This document shows positions 40,833 through 50,012 of a stretch of 64,000 nucleotides of DNA, piece after piece. A model generated the notes under the pieces. That model was not told the origin of the DNA. It did no database searches and was given only the letters and a program-made list of their open reading frames with translations. Numbering within the stretch: position 1 is the stretch's first letter; each line of letters opens with the position of its first letter. Source of the stretch: an uncultured Clostridium sp. (GTDB taxonomy: Bacteria; Bacillota; Clostridia; Christensenellales; CAG-138). Both the position numbers and the translations under genes were made by a program. Location: NCBI GenBank assembly GCA_900542285.1, contig UQNF01000005.1, positions 1,185-65,184 on the forward strand. Direction: 5' to 3'.

Positions 40833-42113
40833 TCATTCCTCACGGATGCGTCTGATCCCGGCTCCCAGCGCAGTCAGCTTCTCTTCAAGCCGTTCATAAC
40901 CCCTGTCGATACTGTAAATGTTTCTGATCTTTGTGGTTCCTTCCGCCACCAGCGCCGCTACTATCATCGCTGCGCCTGCCCGAAGGTCTGTGACCTTTAC
41001 CGAGGTTCCGTACAGCCTTTCAACGCCCTCTATCGTTGCTGTTCTGCCATTTACAATAATCTTCGCACCCATTCTGACGAGTTCGTCGCAATGGTTGAAC
41101 CTGTTCTCAAACAAATTCTCCGTAACCATGCTCCTGCCCTCGGCGAGCGTTAGCATACTGCTCATGGGCTGCTGAAGGTCTGTCGGGAAGCCCGGATACG
41201 GCATCGTCTTGATGTTGACGGCACGAGGTCTTTCTGAAGCTCTGACTTGAATAACGAATTCATTACCGTCATCCCTCGTCTGAACATCGGTACCGCATTC
41301 CAAAAGCTTTGCAGTCACGGATTCCAGATGTGTTGGAATAACATTCCTGATTATCACATCGCCCTTGGTTGCGGCGGCAGCTATCATATAGGTGCCGGCC
41401 TCTATCTGATCCGGAATCACCGCATAAGTGCAGCCGTGCAGGTTCTGCCTCCCATTGATGCGGATAATGTCGGTGCCTGCACCGCGAATACTCGCACCCA
41501 TGGTATTTAGGAAGTTCGCAACATCCACAACATGCGGCTCACGCGCAGCGTTGGTAATGGTAGTTCTTCCCTCGGCGCGGCAGGCGGCCAGCATAACATT
41601 AATGGTTGCTCCGACGCTTGCCATATCGAATACTATATCGGCGCCGACCAGTCTCTCAGCCTTTGCGGAGATGACATCGCCGCGTTCGCTGACCTCTGCC
41701 CCCAGTGCGCGCATACCCTTGATATGAAAGTCCATTGGTCTTTGGCCAATCCTGCAGCCGCCGGGCTGAGTTATCTCAACCTCGCCGAAGCGCGCAAGAA
41801 GAGCACCCAGCATATAATAGGACGCACGCAGCTTGGATGCCATTTCCGGGGTCACTATTCTGCCGTTTATTGTTGATGGATCTATCTCAATGATGCTGTC
41901 TGATATTCGTTCTATACCTGCACCAAGCATTGAAAGGATCTCAAGGAGCCTGTTAATATCTTCAATATTGGGCAGATTCTCTATGCGGCACTTGTCCTCA
42001 GCGAGCACGCAGGCACATAGTATCGGAAGCGCGGCATTCTTCGAGCCGCTGATAGTCACACTGCCTCTAAGCGGTACACCGCCTCGGATCTCAAAATAAT
42101 CGTTTTCAGACAT
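40833..42113 (-). CDS. murA: UDP-N-acetylglucosamine 1-carboxyvinyltransferase
   Basis: Start at MSENDYFEIRGG with a GGAGAA RBS. Motifs ISGSKNAALP, catalytic-loop GGCRIGQRP and FPGFPTDLQ. Confidence 0.95.
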   Translation of the reverse strand: MSENDYFEIRGGVPLRGSVTISGSKNAALPILCACVLAEDKCRIENLPNIEDINRLLEILSMLGAGIERISDSIIEIDPSTINGRIVTPEMASKLRASYYMLGALLARFGEVEITQPGGCRIGQRPMDFHIKGMRALGAEVSERGDVISAKAERLVGADIVFDMASVGATINVMLAACRAEGRTTITNAAREPHVVDVANFLNTMGASIRGAGTDIIRINGRQNLHGCTYAVIPDQIEAGTYMIAAAATKGDVIIRNVIPTHLESVTAKLLECGTDVQTRDDGNEFVIQVRASERPRAVNIKTMPYPGFPTDLQQPMSSMLTLAEGRSMVTENLFENRFNHCDELVRMGAKIIVNGRTATIEGVERLYGTSVKVTDLRAGAAMIVAALVAEGTTKIRNIYSIDRGYERLEEKLTALGAGIRRIREE

Positions 42114-42169
42114 ATGCTTCTCCAATTGGTTATTCAACAATCGATTATACCATTCTGCTCTGCCGGAAG

Positions 42170-43333
42170 TCAAGTATTCCACAATTTAAATAGATAAATC
42201 CTTGGATTTCTCGGACGACCGTTGAGAATAAGTTCAAAGTGAAAAAGGCTCTCTCCTGTCACGCCTATCTGTTCGGATATGCTAAGCGTGTCTCCAACCT
42301 CCACCGTCACGCTCGCAAGACCCGAATACCTTGATATCAATCCGTTGTTATGCTCGATATCAACGGTCAGTCCATATGCGCCACGCTCCATCACGGAGAT
42401 CACCTTCCCTGCAAGCACGCTCTTGCATGGAGTATTCATGGGGCATTCATAGTCTATTCCGGGATGCATTACGCCGTTATAAAAGCCAAAATACTTTTTG
42501 AGCGTACAGCTGCGCGGATCCACGGGATAGCGGAATGCGGCGTCATAATATTCACAGTCGGATCTGCCAAAATCTCCGAAGTTCGTATCGGAGTCCGGAA
42601 CCGGGCGAGTGCCGACGATGATATTCTCCATCACGGATGAATAGAGCGTTCGGATCTCCAATATCTCGCTTCCGGTGAGTACGCCGTTCACATAAGTATA
42701 TTCAATGCTGCGCCTGTTCTTGCCGTCAATTCCGTAGGAAGCAACAAATCTGGTGCCGATGTAATAATCATCGCTTTGTAAAATACTTGTGCCATGACTT
42801 AGGCTTTCGGTTTCATAGACAAGATTCCTGCTGACAACTCTTAGCGGAGTATCATCACCCGTAAGCAGCGCATAGGCATTATCATAGCTCATGAACTTCA
42901 CCGCTTCCGTGACGGGGACTAATTCAACGCCGCCCTCTATCTCAGAATGTATTCCCGGAGCATTAAGCATTGACTCAAAGTGCTCAATAACATCGAGCAG
43001 AAGGTTTTCTGCAGCCTGACGGCTTGCAAGCGTGCATACATCATTTCCATCAACAAATATTGCTGTTGGCACATAGGGTTCAGGGGTAGGCTCCGGGGTA
43101 AAAGTCGGCTCAGCAGCCTCGGTCGGAGGGATCGGTATCGGAGTATTGTCGCGAATGAATTCGGCTGTGGGTTCGGGCGTAGGGTGCATCGAAAGCTCCC
43201 TGTCCTTGCCCGTAAGGTTCAATCCTGTAAGCAAAATCGCCGACGCAAGAAGCGCGAGCGCAAGCAGGCATAGTACCGGCCTTATCTGACCGTTGTGCTT
43301 ATTATCTCTTTTTTTGCCGCTGTCAGTTTTCAT
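42170..43333 (-). CDS. Membrane-anchored M23/LytM-domain protein (possibly SpoIIQ-like, catalytically degenerate)
   Basis: An N-terminal TM helix, a Pro/Thr/Glu linker, and a C-terminal LytM domain. HPGID is present, but RYSGL and LFHFE replace the usual His-containing motifs. Confidence 0.7.
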   Translation of the reverse strand: MKTDSGKKRDNKHNGQIRPVLCLLALALLASAILLTGLNLTGKDRELSMHPTPEPTAEFIRDNTPIPIPPTEAAEPTFTPEPTPEPYVPTAIFVDGNDVCTLASRQAAENLLLDVIEHFESMLNAPGIHSEIEGGVELVPVTEAVKFMSYDNAYALLTGDDTPLRVVSRNLVYETESLSHGTSILQSDDYYIGTRFVASYGIDGKNRRSIEYTYVNGVLTGSEILEIRTLYSSVMENIIVGTRPVPDSDTNFGDFGRSDCEYYDAAFRYPVDPRSCTLKKYFGFYNGVMHPGIDYECPMNTPCKSVLAGKVISVMERGAYGLTVDIEHNNGLISRYSGLASVTVEVGDTLSISEQIGVTGESLFHFELILNGRPRNPRIYLFKLWNT

Positions 43334-43495
43334 ATTCTAATTATACCGCATCCGGAGGGTTTCATCAATCTTCTTTGTGGCAAATTTATTAACAATGGGC
43401 TGTTTTCTCAGAAATATAGCATCATTATGAGGAATTTCAGCGCATAAAGGGGGAAGCCCCCCTTTCGGGGAGCTCCCTTATAATATCTGTTTCTG

Positions 43496-44110
43496 TTATA
43501 CTATTGCGCCTGCGATCATGATGGCTGCCATGAGCGCGACTACCGGGACGATCGTCCCTGCGATAAGCTGAGGAAGCGTGTGCCTCTTAAGCTTGATGGA
43601 TGATGCATAAACGGGAATGAGCAGCGCAAACATCAGCGCATAAAGCGGTCCCATACAGTAGACAAGCAGCGCCGCAGGCCCTGAAGTGCCGCAGGTATGT
43701 CCGCTCGCTTTAAACCCGAAGATGGTGGTCAGTGCAGTGAGCATCCCGGATATCAGGTAGGTCAGATAAAGAATGATCTCGATCCTCGTTCCCCCTCCGA
43801 AAAGGGCGAATACCGCACCCAAGACATAACCAAGCACAGAAAACACCAGCGCCAGATTTCGTTCAAGCTTTCTGCCCTTGCTCTTGAGTGAAGGTATCAA
43901 GCGGCAGGGAAGATAAGCAAGCAGAGGAAGAAGCGTCAGTGTAAATATGGCTTCTATATAATGAAGCGGTGAAACAAACGCTTCGCTCCCAAGCCCTATA
44001 TAAAGCATTGAGACCAGCAGCAGCGCCATGAACGGCGGAGCAGTAATCGTACGAATGATCTCGGCAGTCTTGCCGGACATCCTTATTCTGTCAGCTGTCA
44101 TCCTTTCCAT
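43496..44110 (-). CDS. Integral membrane protein, unknown function
   Basis: 204 aa with about six hydrophobic helices. Confidence 0.5.
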   Translation of the reverse strand: MERMTADRIRMSGKTAEIIRTITAPPFMALLLVSMLYIGLGSEAFVSPLHYIEAIFTLTLLPLLAYLPCRLIPSLKSKGRKLERNLALVFSVLGYVLGAVFALFGGGTRIEIILYLTYLISGMLTALTTIFGFKASGHTCGTSGPAALLVYCMGPLYALMFALLIPVYASSIKLKRHTLPQLIAGTIVPVVALMAAIMIAGAIV

Positions 44111-44297
44111 GAATTATGGTCCTCCGAATGTGTGGTTCGCAATTTTCCTTGCAGATATTGTTTACCACAATCCCGGCAGGAATGCACCCTATTACGCTCT
44201 TCAAATTCTCTACCCGAGCATTTTCGCCCGGTAGAGAAGAAATCAAGCCTCTCTACTGACAGTAGAGTGCTTGATTTTATTAGAAAAAATAAAGGTG

Positions 44298-44326
44298 TTG
44301 CATTTTGATATCGCCTCGTGTATAAT
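44298..44326 (+). promoter_or_regulatory. SigmaA-type promoter abutting the XRE gene start (leaderless arrangement)
   Basis: TTGCAT, 17 nt, TATAAT. The ATG at 44333 begins 7 nt after the -10 hexamer, with no Shine-Dalgarno sequence. Confidence 0.55.
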
Positions 44327-44332
44327 CTTGCC

Positions 44333-45016
44333 ATGGCTATTAGAGATGATGATAAGGTGAAGCAGCTGATTGCTTCCAACATAACCTACTACAGGAAGGA
44401 ATGCCATCTGACCCAAGCGGAGCTTGCGGAAAAGATCCACTATTCGGACAAATCCGTCTCCAAATGGGAGAGAGCAGAGGGCGTTCCCGATATCTGCGTG
44501 CTCGTTGTGCTTGCAGACCTTTTCGGAGTTACCGTGAATGATCTTCTTTCCGAAAAGCATCGGAAGAGCCGCAAGGCCGCGCCCAAGCTCAAGCACAGCA
44601 TAATAACCCTGATGAGCATCAGCCTCGTTTGGCTGATCGCTGTTATCGCATTTTTCATTATCAAGCTCGCAGCACCTGAGATAGAAAGGGCTTGGCTTGC
44701 CTTTATAGTGGCAATTCCCGTTAGTTTTATCGTAGGAACGGTGCTGAGCGCTATATGGCATCCGATCCTCGTTCAATTTTTTATGCAGGCAGGCCTGATA
44801 TGGGGGCTTGCGCTGTCGCTGCACCTGACCATAAATATCGAAAACATGTACCTCATTTATGTTATCGCAGCGGTGGTTCAGCTTCTGTTCATACTATGGT
44901 ATTTCCTCCGAAGAATGCCTGTGCTCTCAGTCAAGATCAAGGATGGCAAGCTTAGCATCAAGCGACCCGAAAAGGCTCAAAAGTCCGAGGACGACAGCGA
45001 ACAGAATGTTGAATGA
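44333..45016 (+). CDS. XRE-family HTH regulator fused to a four-helix membrane domain
   Basis: N-terminal LTQAELAEKIHYSDKSVSKWERAEGVPD (Cro/C1-type HTH), then hydrophobic helices and an acidic tail. Confidence 0.75.
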   Translation: MAIRDDDKVKQLIASNITYYRKECHLTQAELAEKIHYSDKSVSKWERAEGVPDICVLVVLADLFGVTVNDLLSEKHRKSRKAAPKLKHSIITLMSISLVWLIAVIAFFIIKLAAPEIERAWLAFIVAIPVSFIVGTVLSAIWHPILVQFFMQAGLIWGLALSLHLTINIENMYLIYVIAAVVQLLFILWYFLRRMPVLSVKIKDGKLSIKRPEKAQKSEDDSEQNVE

Positions 45017-45226
45017 AATGGGCGATCCTGCCTTGTCGGTTATCAGATCATGCCTTCACATATTTTTGCAGCTGCTATAAAAAACCACCCTTCCGCAATC
45101 TATCCGGTTAGAGTGGTTTTAAGTTTATATAGCTTGATATGAGCAGTGCCGAAACAGATCCGAGCCGCTTCACAGATGAATCTATCGACGGCTCATGCAC
45201 AATACGCATTCAGTTATGGACTATCC

Positions 45227-45718
45227 CTATTTTTGCATTTCATAGACCGTTACAGAAAAACTTTCATTGCCCGGCATTCTTCCCGAGATGGTTTTTCGAA
45301 CAGAGAAACCCTTATGCTCGTACATGGCTCGTGCGCTTTCATTGCCGACGAGTACCTCAAGGGTTAGGGGCTTTCGGGAGCGGTCACATGCTCTGTCGAC
45401 CAGTGCGCCTCCGATCCCATGTCCATGGCGAGCAGGATCAACGTACAGCCAGCCAAGTTCGCCGTCCTCATAGGCGATAAAGCCGGCGACGCTGCCGTCA
45501 AGCTCGGCAACCTCGACCGTATAATCAAAAAGCCCTTCCCTATCCGCCGCAATCCAAAGCGGAAGGAACGCCTGCTCAAGCCCGGCATATTGCAGCTCTA
45601 TCATTCTTGCTTCATCATGTATTCTGCAAATAGCTTGCCAATCCCCTTCCTCAAACGGCCGGATAATAAGCTCTCCAGTATTCTTCTCCATATTCACTGT
45701 GTAAAAATGCGACTTCAT
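45227..45718 (-). CDS. GNAT-family N-acetyltransferase
   Basis: 163 aa. Acetyl-CoA motif RHGHGIGGALV in a typical GNAT layout. Confidence 0.8.
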   Translation of the reverse strand: MKSHFYTVNMEKNTGELIIRPFEEGDWQAICRIHDEARMIELQYAGLEQAFLPLWIAADREGLFDYTVEVAELDGSVAGFIAYEDGELGWLYVDPARHGHGIGGALVDRACDRSRKPLTLEVLVGNESARAMYEHKGFSVRKTISGRMPGNESFSVTVYEMQK

Positions 45719-45789
45719 TCGAATTTCGCCCTATGCAAACCAAGCACCCATGCGCATGGGTGCTTGGATGTTATCAGGCGTGCTGACCG

Positions 45790-46446
45790 TTAATAGTTCT
45801 CTGCCCTGACTTCAAAATAACTCTGCGGATGGTTGCAGACCGGGCAAACCTCGGGAGCCTTTACTCCAACGGCGATATGTCCGCAGTTGCGGCACTCCCA
45901 GATGGTTACGCCGCTCTTTTCAAAGACGGACATGGTCTCAACATTTGCAAGCAGCTTGCGATAGCGTTCCTCATGCTCCTTCTCGATGGCGGCGACGCCG
46001 CGGAACTGAGCAGCCAAATCATGGAATCCCTCCTCATCAGCCTCGCGAGCCATACGGTCATACATATCCGTCCATTCAAAGTTTTCGCCCTCGGCCGCAT
46101 GAAGCAGATTAGCGGCGGTATCGCCTAACTCGCCAAGCGCCTTGAACCAAAGCTTTGCGTGCTCCTTTTCATTCTCAGCAGTCTTCAGGAAGAGTGCGGC
46201 AATCTGTTCATAGCCTGCCTTCTTCGCAACGGAAGCAAAATAAGTATACTTATTGCGCGCCTGGGATTCGCCTGCGAATGCTTCCCAAAGGTTCCTTTCC
46301 GTCTTGGTTCCGGCATAGGGGTTTTTCTTTTCCTCGACGAGCTTTACAAACCTGTCGGCACCCACATGGCACTTGGGGCACTTAAAATCCGGAGTAATGG
46401 GGCCTTCATGAACATAACCGCAAACCGTACATTTCCACTTTTCCAT
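45790..46446 (-). CDS. Rubrerythrin with rubredoxin-like Cys4 sites at both termini
   Basis: N-terminal CTVC...CPKC, ferritin-like ExxH motifs (EKEH twice), and C-terminal CRNC...CPVC. Confidence 0.9.
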   Translation of the reverse strand: MEKWKCTVCGYVHEGPITPDFKCPKCHVGADRFVKLVEEKKNPYAGTKTERNLWEAFAGESQARNKYTYFASVAKKAGYEQIAALFLKTAENEKEHAKLWFKALGELGDTAANLLHAAEGENFEWTDMYDRMAREADEEGFHDLAAQFRGVAAIEKEHEERYRKLLANVETMSVFEKSGVTIWECRNCGHIAVGVKAPEVCPVCNHPQSYFEVRAENY

Positions 46447-46623
46447 AATAACAACCTCCCGGTAATAATTTACGAAAAGATATCGCTGTGATAAGCATAT
46501 CCGCTTTCGTATGTATTTATTATATCATATTATTTCGGCTTTACAAGCGGCAAAAGCAAAAAAATGTTTCTAAATAATGGAAAGCCCCTGAGCGGGGGCT
46601 TTCAAAGTTAGGCTGATATGTCT

Positions 46624-47796
46624 TTACTTTATGAACTCCAGATCCAGCTTTTCCCAGGGGAAGCATTCATCCTCGCGTCCGAAATGGCCGTACGCGGCGG
46701 TCTTTCTGTAAATGGGCTGTCTGAGTCTTAGTCGCTCTATGATAGCGGCCGGTCTGAAATCAAAGCTCCTGACCAGCATCGCTTCAATCTCGGAATCGGG
46801 GACCGTGCCTGTACCAAAGGTATCAACGCGCACGGATACGGGCTTTGCAACGCCGATCGCATAGGCAAGCTGGAGCTCGCACTTCCTGGCATAGCCCTGG
46901 GCAACGATATTCTTTGCCGCATACCTTGCGGCATATGCTGCCGAGCGGTCAACCTTGGTGGGGTCCTTGCCGGAGAAGCTGCCGCCTCCGTGCCTTCCAT
47001 AGCCTCCATAGGTATCCACGATTATCTTTCTGCCTGTAAGTCCGGAATCGCCTTGCGGACCGCCGATAACAAACCTTCCGGTTGGGTTTACAAACACCTT
47101 GGTATTCTCATCCATGAGGTTTTCCGGAATAACAGGCTTAATTACATTTTCAATGATGTCATCACGGAGCTTATCCATATCCACATCCGGATCGTGCTGT
47201 GCGGATATTACGACGGTATCGATCCTGATGGGACGATCGGATTCATCATATTCCGCGGTCACTTGGCTTTTGCCGTCGGGACGAAGATAAGGAAGCAGAC
47301 CGCTCTTGCGAACCTCGGTAAGCCTCTTTGAAAGCTTATGTGCAAGGCTTATCGGAAGCGGCATACACTCCGGGGTTTCATCGCAGGCAAAGCCGAACAT
47401 CATGCCCTGATCTCCTGCGCCGATATCATATGGATCGGTATCGCCATGCTTGGCTTCAAAGCTCTTGTCAACGCCCATTGCGATATCCGGGGACTGCCCA
47501 TTTATCGCACTGATAACTGCCAGTGTATGACCGTCAAAGCCGTATTCAGGCTTATCATAGCCGATATCCAGCACAACATCACGCACAAGCTTGGGAATAT
47601 CAATGTAGCAATTAGTAGTAACTTCTCCCATTACCATGACCATACCGGTGGTTGCACAGCATTCGCAGGCCACGCGTGAACCGGGGTCATTGGTAAGCAT
47701 TGCATCGAGGACTGCATCGGCGATATTATCGCATACCTTGTCGGGATGTCCCTCGGTTACTGATTCGGAGGTGAACAGACGTTTGATCTTTTTCAT
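46624..47796 (-). CDS. metK: S-adenosylmethionine synthetase
   Basis: 390 aa. [35 protein letters not shown]. Confidence 0.98.
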   Translation of the reverse strand: MKKIKRLFTSESVTEGHPDKVCDNIADAVLDAMLTNDPGSRVACECCATTGMVMVMGEVTTNCYIDIPKLVRDVVLDIGYDKPEYGFDGHTLAVISAINGQSPDIAMGVDKSFEAKHGDTDPYDIGAGDQGMMFGFACDETPECMPLPISLAHKLSKRLTEVRKSGLLPYLRPDGKSQVTAEYDESDRPIRIDTVVISAQHDPDVDMDKLRDDIIENVIKPVIPENLMDENTKVFVNPTGRFVIGGPQGDSGLTGRKIIVDTYGGYGRHGGGSFSGKDPTKVDRSAAYAARYAAKNIVAQGYARKCELQLAYAIGVAKPVSVRVDTFGTGTVPDSEIEAMLVRSFDFRPAAIIERLRLRQPIYRKTAAYGHFGREDECFPWEKLDLEFIK

Positions 47797-47844
47797 ATTC
47801 TATCCTTTCTTCATTGGAAAGTTCGGGGTGTAAGCGGTTTTACA

Positions 47845-48026
47845 AGAAAAAAGCGGCGCCCCGATGGAGCACCGCAAAATTACTTCTTTACTGCTCTCAT
47901 CTCCCGGAAAAGCTGAGGTTCATTGACCTCCTCTTTGCCGTCGGAATTAGCACCTTGCTGCCGGTCTGACCGGGGCAGGTTGCCGTGGCTTCACAGGGCC
48001 GGTCCCTCTGCCACTCTTGATAAGGC
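47845..48026 (-). promoter_or_regulatory. SAM-I (S-box) riboswitch with terminator expression platform
   Basis: Minus strand CTTATCAAGAGTGGCAGAGGGACCGGCCCTGTGAAGCCACGGCAACC...GGTGCTAATTCC...AGATGAGAG matches the S-box core. It is followed by GCGGTGCTCC-ATC-GGGGCGCCGC plus TTTTTT (47845-47875). Confidence 0.88.
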
Positions 48027-48127
48027 ATATCTACTTTTCGGGGAAATTATAGCACAGCATTACGCATAATTCAATACTTGCAAGCCGGTATTTTGCTCAA
48101 AAAGCGGTTATATTTTGCCGATCTTGA

Positions 48128-49435
48128 CTAAACGAGCCTATATGCGAATATCAGCGATGCAAACAGAACAAATGCTGCCAGTATGATCGCGCATACAATA
48201 AGCCTTTGAGTCCGCGTCTTGGCGGAAGCAGCGGTCAGTATCGGAAGCGCAGGACAGATACAGACGGCATAAACCGCCATGGAAGGATCGGAGAACGCCA
48301 TCGGGGTCAGCGCAAGCCAGGCAGCCATCAGCATGTTCGTTGCAGCATCAACACGCCTCGCACATAGTATAAGCAAAAGCAGTGCGATTATTTGCGCTCC
48401 TATCGCAAAGAACATCTGAAGCGATGTCGATGGTGAAGCATTCCAGCGTGTGACCGCAGCGCTCAGCCCTTCAAAAAACCAACGGAAGCCGTCAGGGTAT
48501 ATGAGCTTTGCCGCAGGCACCGATACCACTCCTGATGCGATAAGAGCACATGCGCCTGCCACCAGCACTGTACCTATGCAGAGCGCGGCAATGGGAGCCG
48601 CAGAGCCTCTTCTCTTTACAATAAGCTTTACCGTAAACAGAATAAACGGAACGAGAAGCACAGCGCATAGCACATTTACCGTGATCGCCGCAAGCATACA
48701 GATAAGCCCCTTCACCGGATGCGAGGTCTTCATATAGTAGATGAACATCAGCGACAGCAGCATCATTGCGGCCGTGCCTGAATTAGGCATCATGAGATAC
48801 AGTATTGTCGGCGAAATGAACAGCAGCGTCACCCCGTTCATCGATGTGCGGCGGTCGCAGTCAAGGAGAAGCACTTCATAGAGCATAACGCACACAAGCG
48901 AAACCAAAACCGAATTCACAGCGAATGCAATTACAGTCGTTACCACGCTGTTGTTAATTCCTATCAGAGCAAGCAGCTCATTCCACAGCTCCGGCACAGG
49001 AATTAACGACAACTTATCCCAAGCGGCATTTGCATACATGCCGATCCCATACACGTTCTGCTGCATGAATATTGCGGAGTATTTGCTGAATACGGTCCCG
49101 GAGTAGCCGTTGACAGCAGTGAAGATCAAATAAACCAAAAAGATTATCAAAGGCTGCGCTATGAGTGATCGGATGAATATCGCTTTTTTCGGGTGCATAT
49201 GGTATGCGGTGCGTTCGCCAATAAGCTCATCCCTGCGGTTATACATGCCTACTCGGAAGAAGTTTAGCACGTTTCGTGCGCCTCTCAGCAAAAATGCGGT
49301 AAATAGAAATACCGAAACGGCACCGGTAATCACCGCTATGCTTCCTGCTCTCGGAGACAGCATTGCATAGCAGAGGAAAGCCGCAAAAATCACAATCGGC
49401 AGCACCCATATTATAATCTTTTCTGCTTTTTTCAT
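48128..49435 (-). CDS. Large polytopic membrane protein, unknown function
   Basis: About 435 aa from MKKAEKIIIW, with at least 10 hydrophobic helices. Its ATG overlaps the stop of the upstream ORF (ATGA). Confidence 0.5.
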   Translation of the reverse strand: MKKAEKIIIWVLPIVIFAAFLCYAMLSPRAGSIAVITGAVSVFLFTAFLLRGARNVLNFFRVGMYNRRDELIGERTAYHMHPKKAIFIRSLIAQPLIIFLVYLIFTAVNGYSGTVFSKYSAIFMQQNVYGIGMYANAAWDKLSLIPVPELWNELLALIGINNSVVTTVIAFAVNSVLVSLVCVMLYEVLLLDCDRRTSMNGVTLLFISPTILYLMMPNSGTAAMMLLSLMFIYYMKTSHPVKGLICMLAAITVNVLCAVLLVPFILFTVKLIVKRRGSAAPIAALCIGTVLVAGACALIASGVVSVPAAKLIYPDGFRWFFEGLSAAVTRWNASPSTSLQMFFAIGAQIIALLLLILCARRVDAATNMLMAAWLALTPMAFSDPSMAVYAVCICPALPILTAASAKTRTQRLIVCAIILAAFVLFASLIFAYRLV

Positions 49436-49950
49436 CTTCCCTTTCCTTTCCTCTTTACGATGCCCACCAGCCATATCGGGTACTCGTGCTTTTCTCTCAT
49501 TCCGGAGATGAATTCCGTGAGATCGACATGAATGGGCCTGAACGCATAGTTATACACATCAAACAATCCGTCCTCACACCTGTGAGCCGAAATATAATGC
49601 GCCCCGATTCGCTTTTTGCTGCGCCAATAATAGAAAATCAGTACCGAGCTGCAGTTCGTCATCGCGCGTCCCCTTTTCAGGAACAGAAAACGAATGCGCA
49701 GCACGAAGTATTTTGCAAGATACAGCATGAGCGAAATCAGGTTTGTCCCAAGCTTGCCAAGGCCAATCACCATGCCAAAACGCTTTCCGATGCCCTTGAC
49801 CACCTCATCAAAGCTTGTCTTGATGCCCTCGAAATTGAGTATGTTATATGCAGCGATAGCACCGCAGCCGTTATCCGAAACGTTGCCCAAAAGCCCATAG
49901 CGAGTATGCTTAAATTCATCGGTATGCTGCTTGTTTATCAGTTCATTCAT
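49432..49950 (-). CDS. Hypothetical protein with Cys/His motifs suggestive of a papain-like (C39/BtrH-like) fold
   Basis: 172 aa. Motifs DNGCGAIAAYN and GAHYIS. The assignment is speculative. Confidence 0.35.
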   Translation of the reverse strand: MNELINKQHTDEFKHTRYGLLGNVSDNGCGAIAAYNILNFEGIKTSFDEVVKGIGKRFGMVIGLGKLGTNLISLMLYLAKYFVLRIRFLFLKRGRAMTNCSSVLIFYYWRSKKRIGAHYISAHRCEDGLFDVYNYAFRPIHVDLTEFISGMREKHEYPIWLVGIVKRKGKGR

Positions 49951-50012
49951 CTATTTCTCTTCCTATATCAATGTCATTATAACATATCCAAATAGTAATT
50001 GGCAACGGCTCA

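Noticed and set aside
44243-44824. 193-aa minus-strand ORF
   Set aside because: It overlaps the XRE/TM regulator gene in antisense. The plus-strand gene has a clear HTH and promoter.
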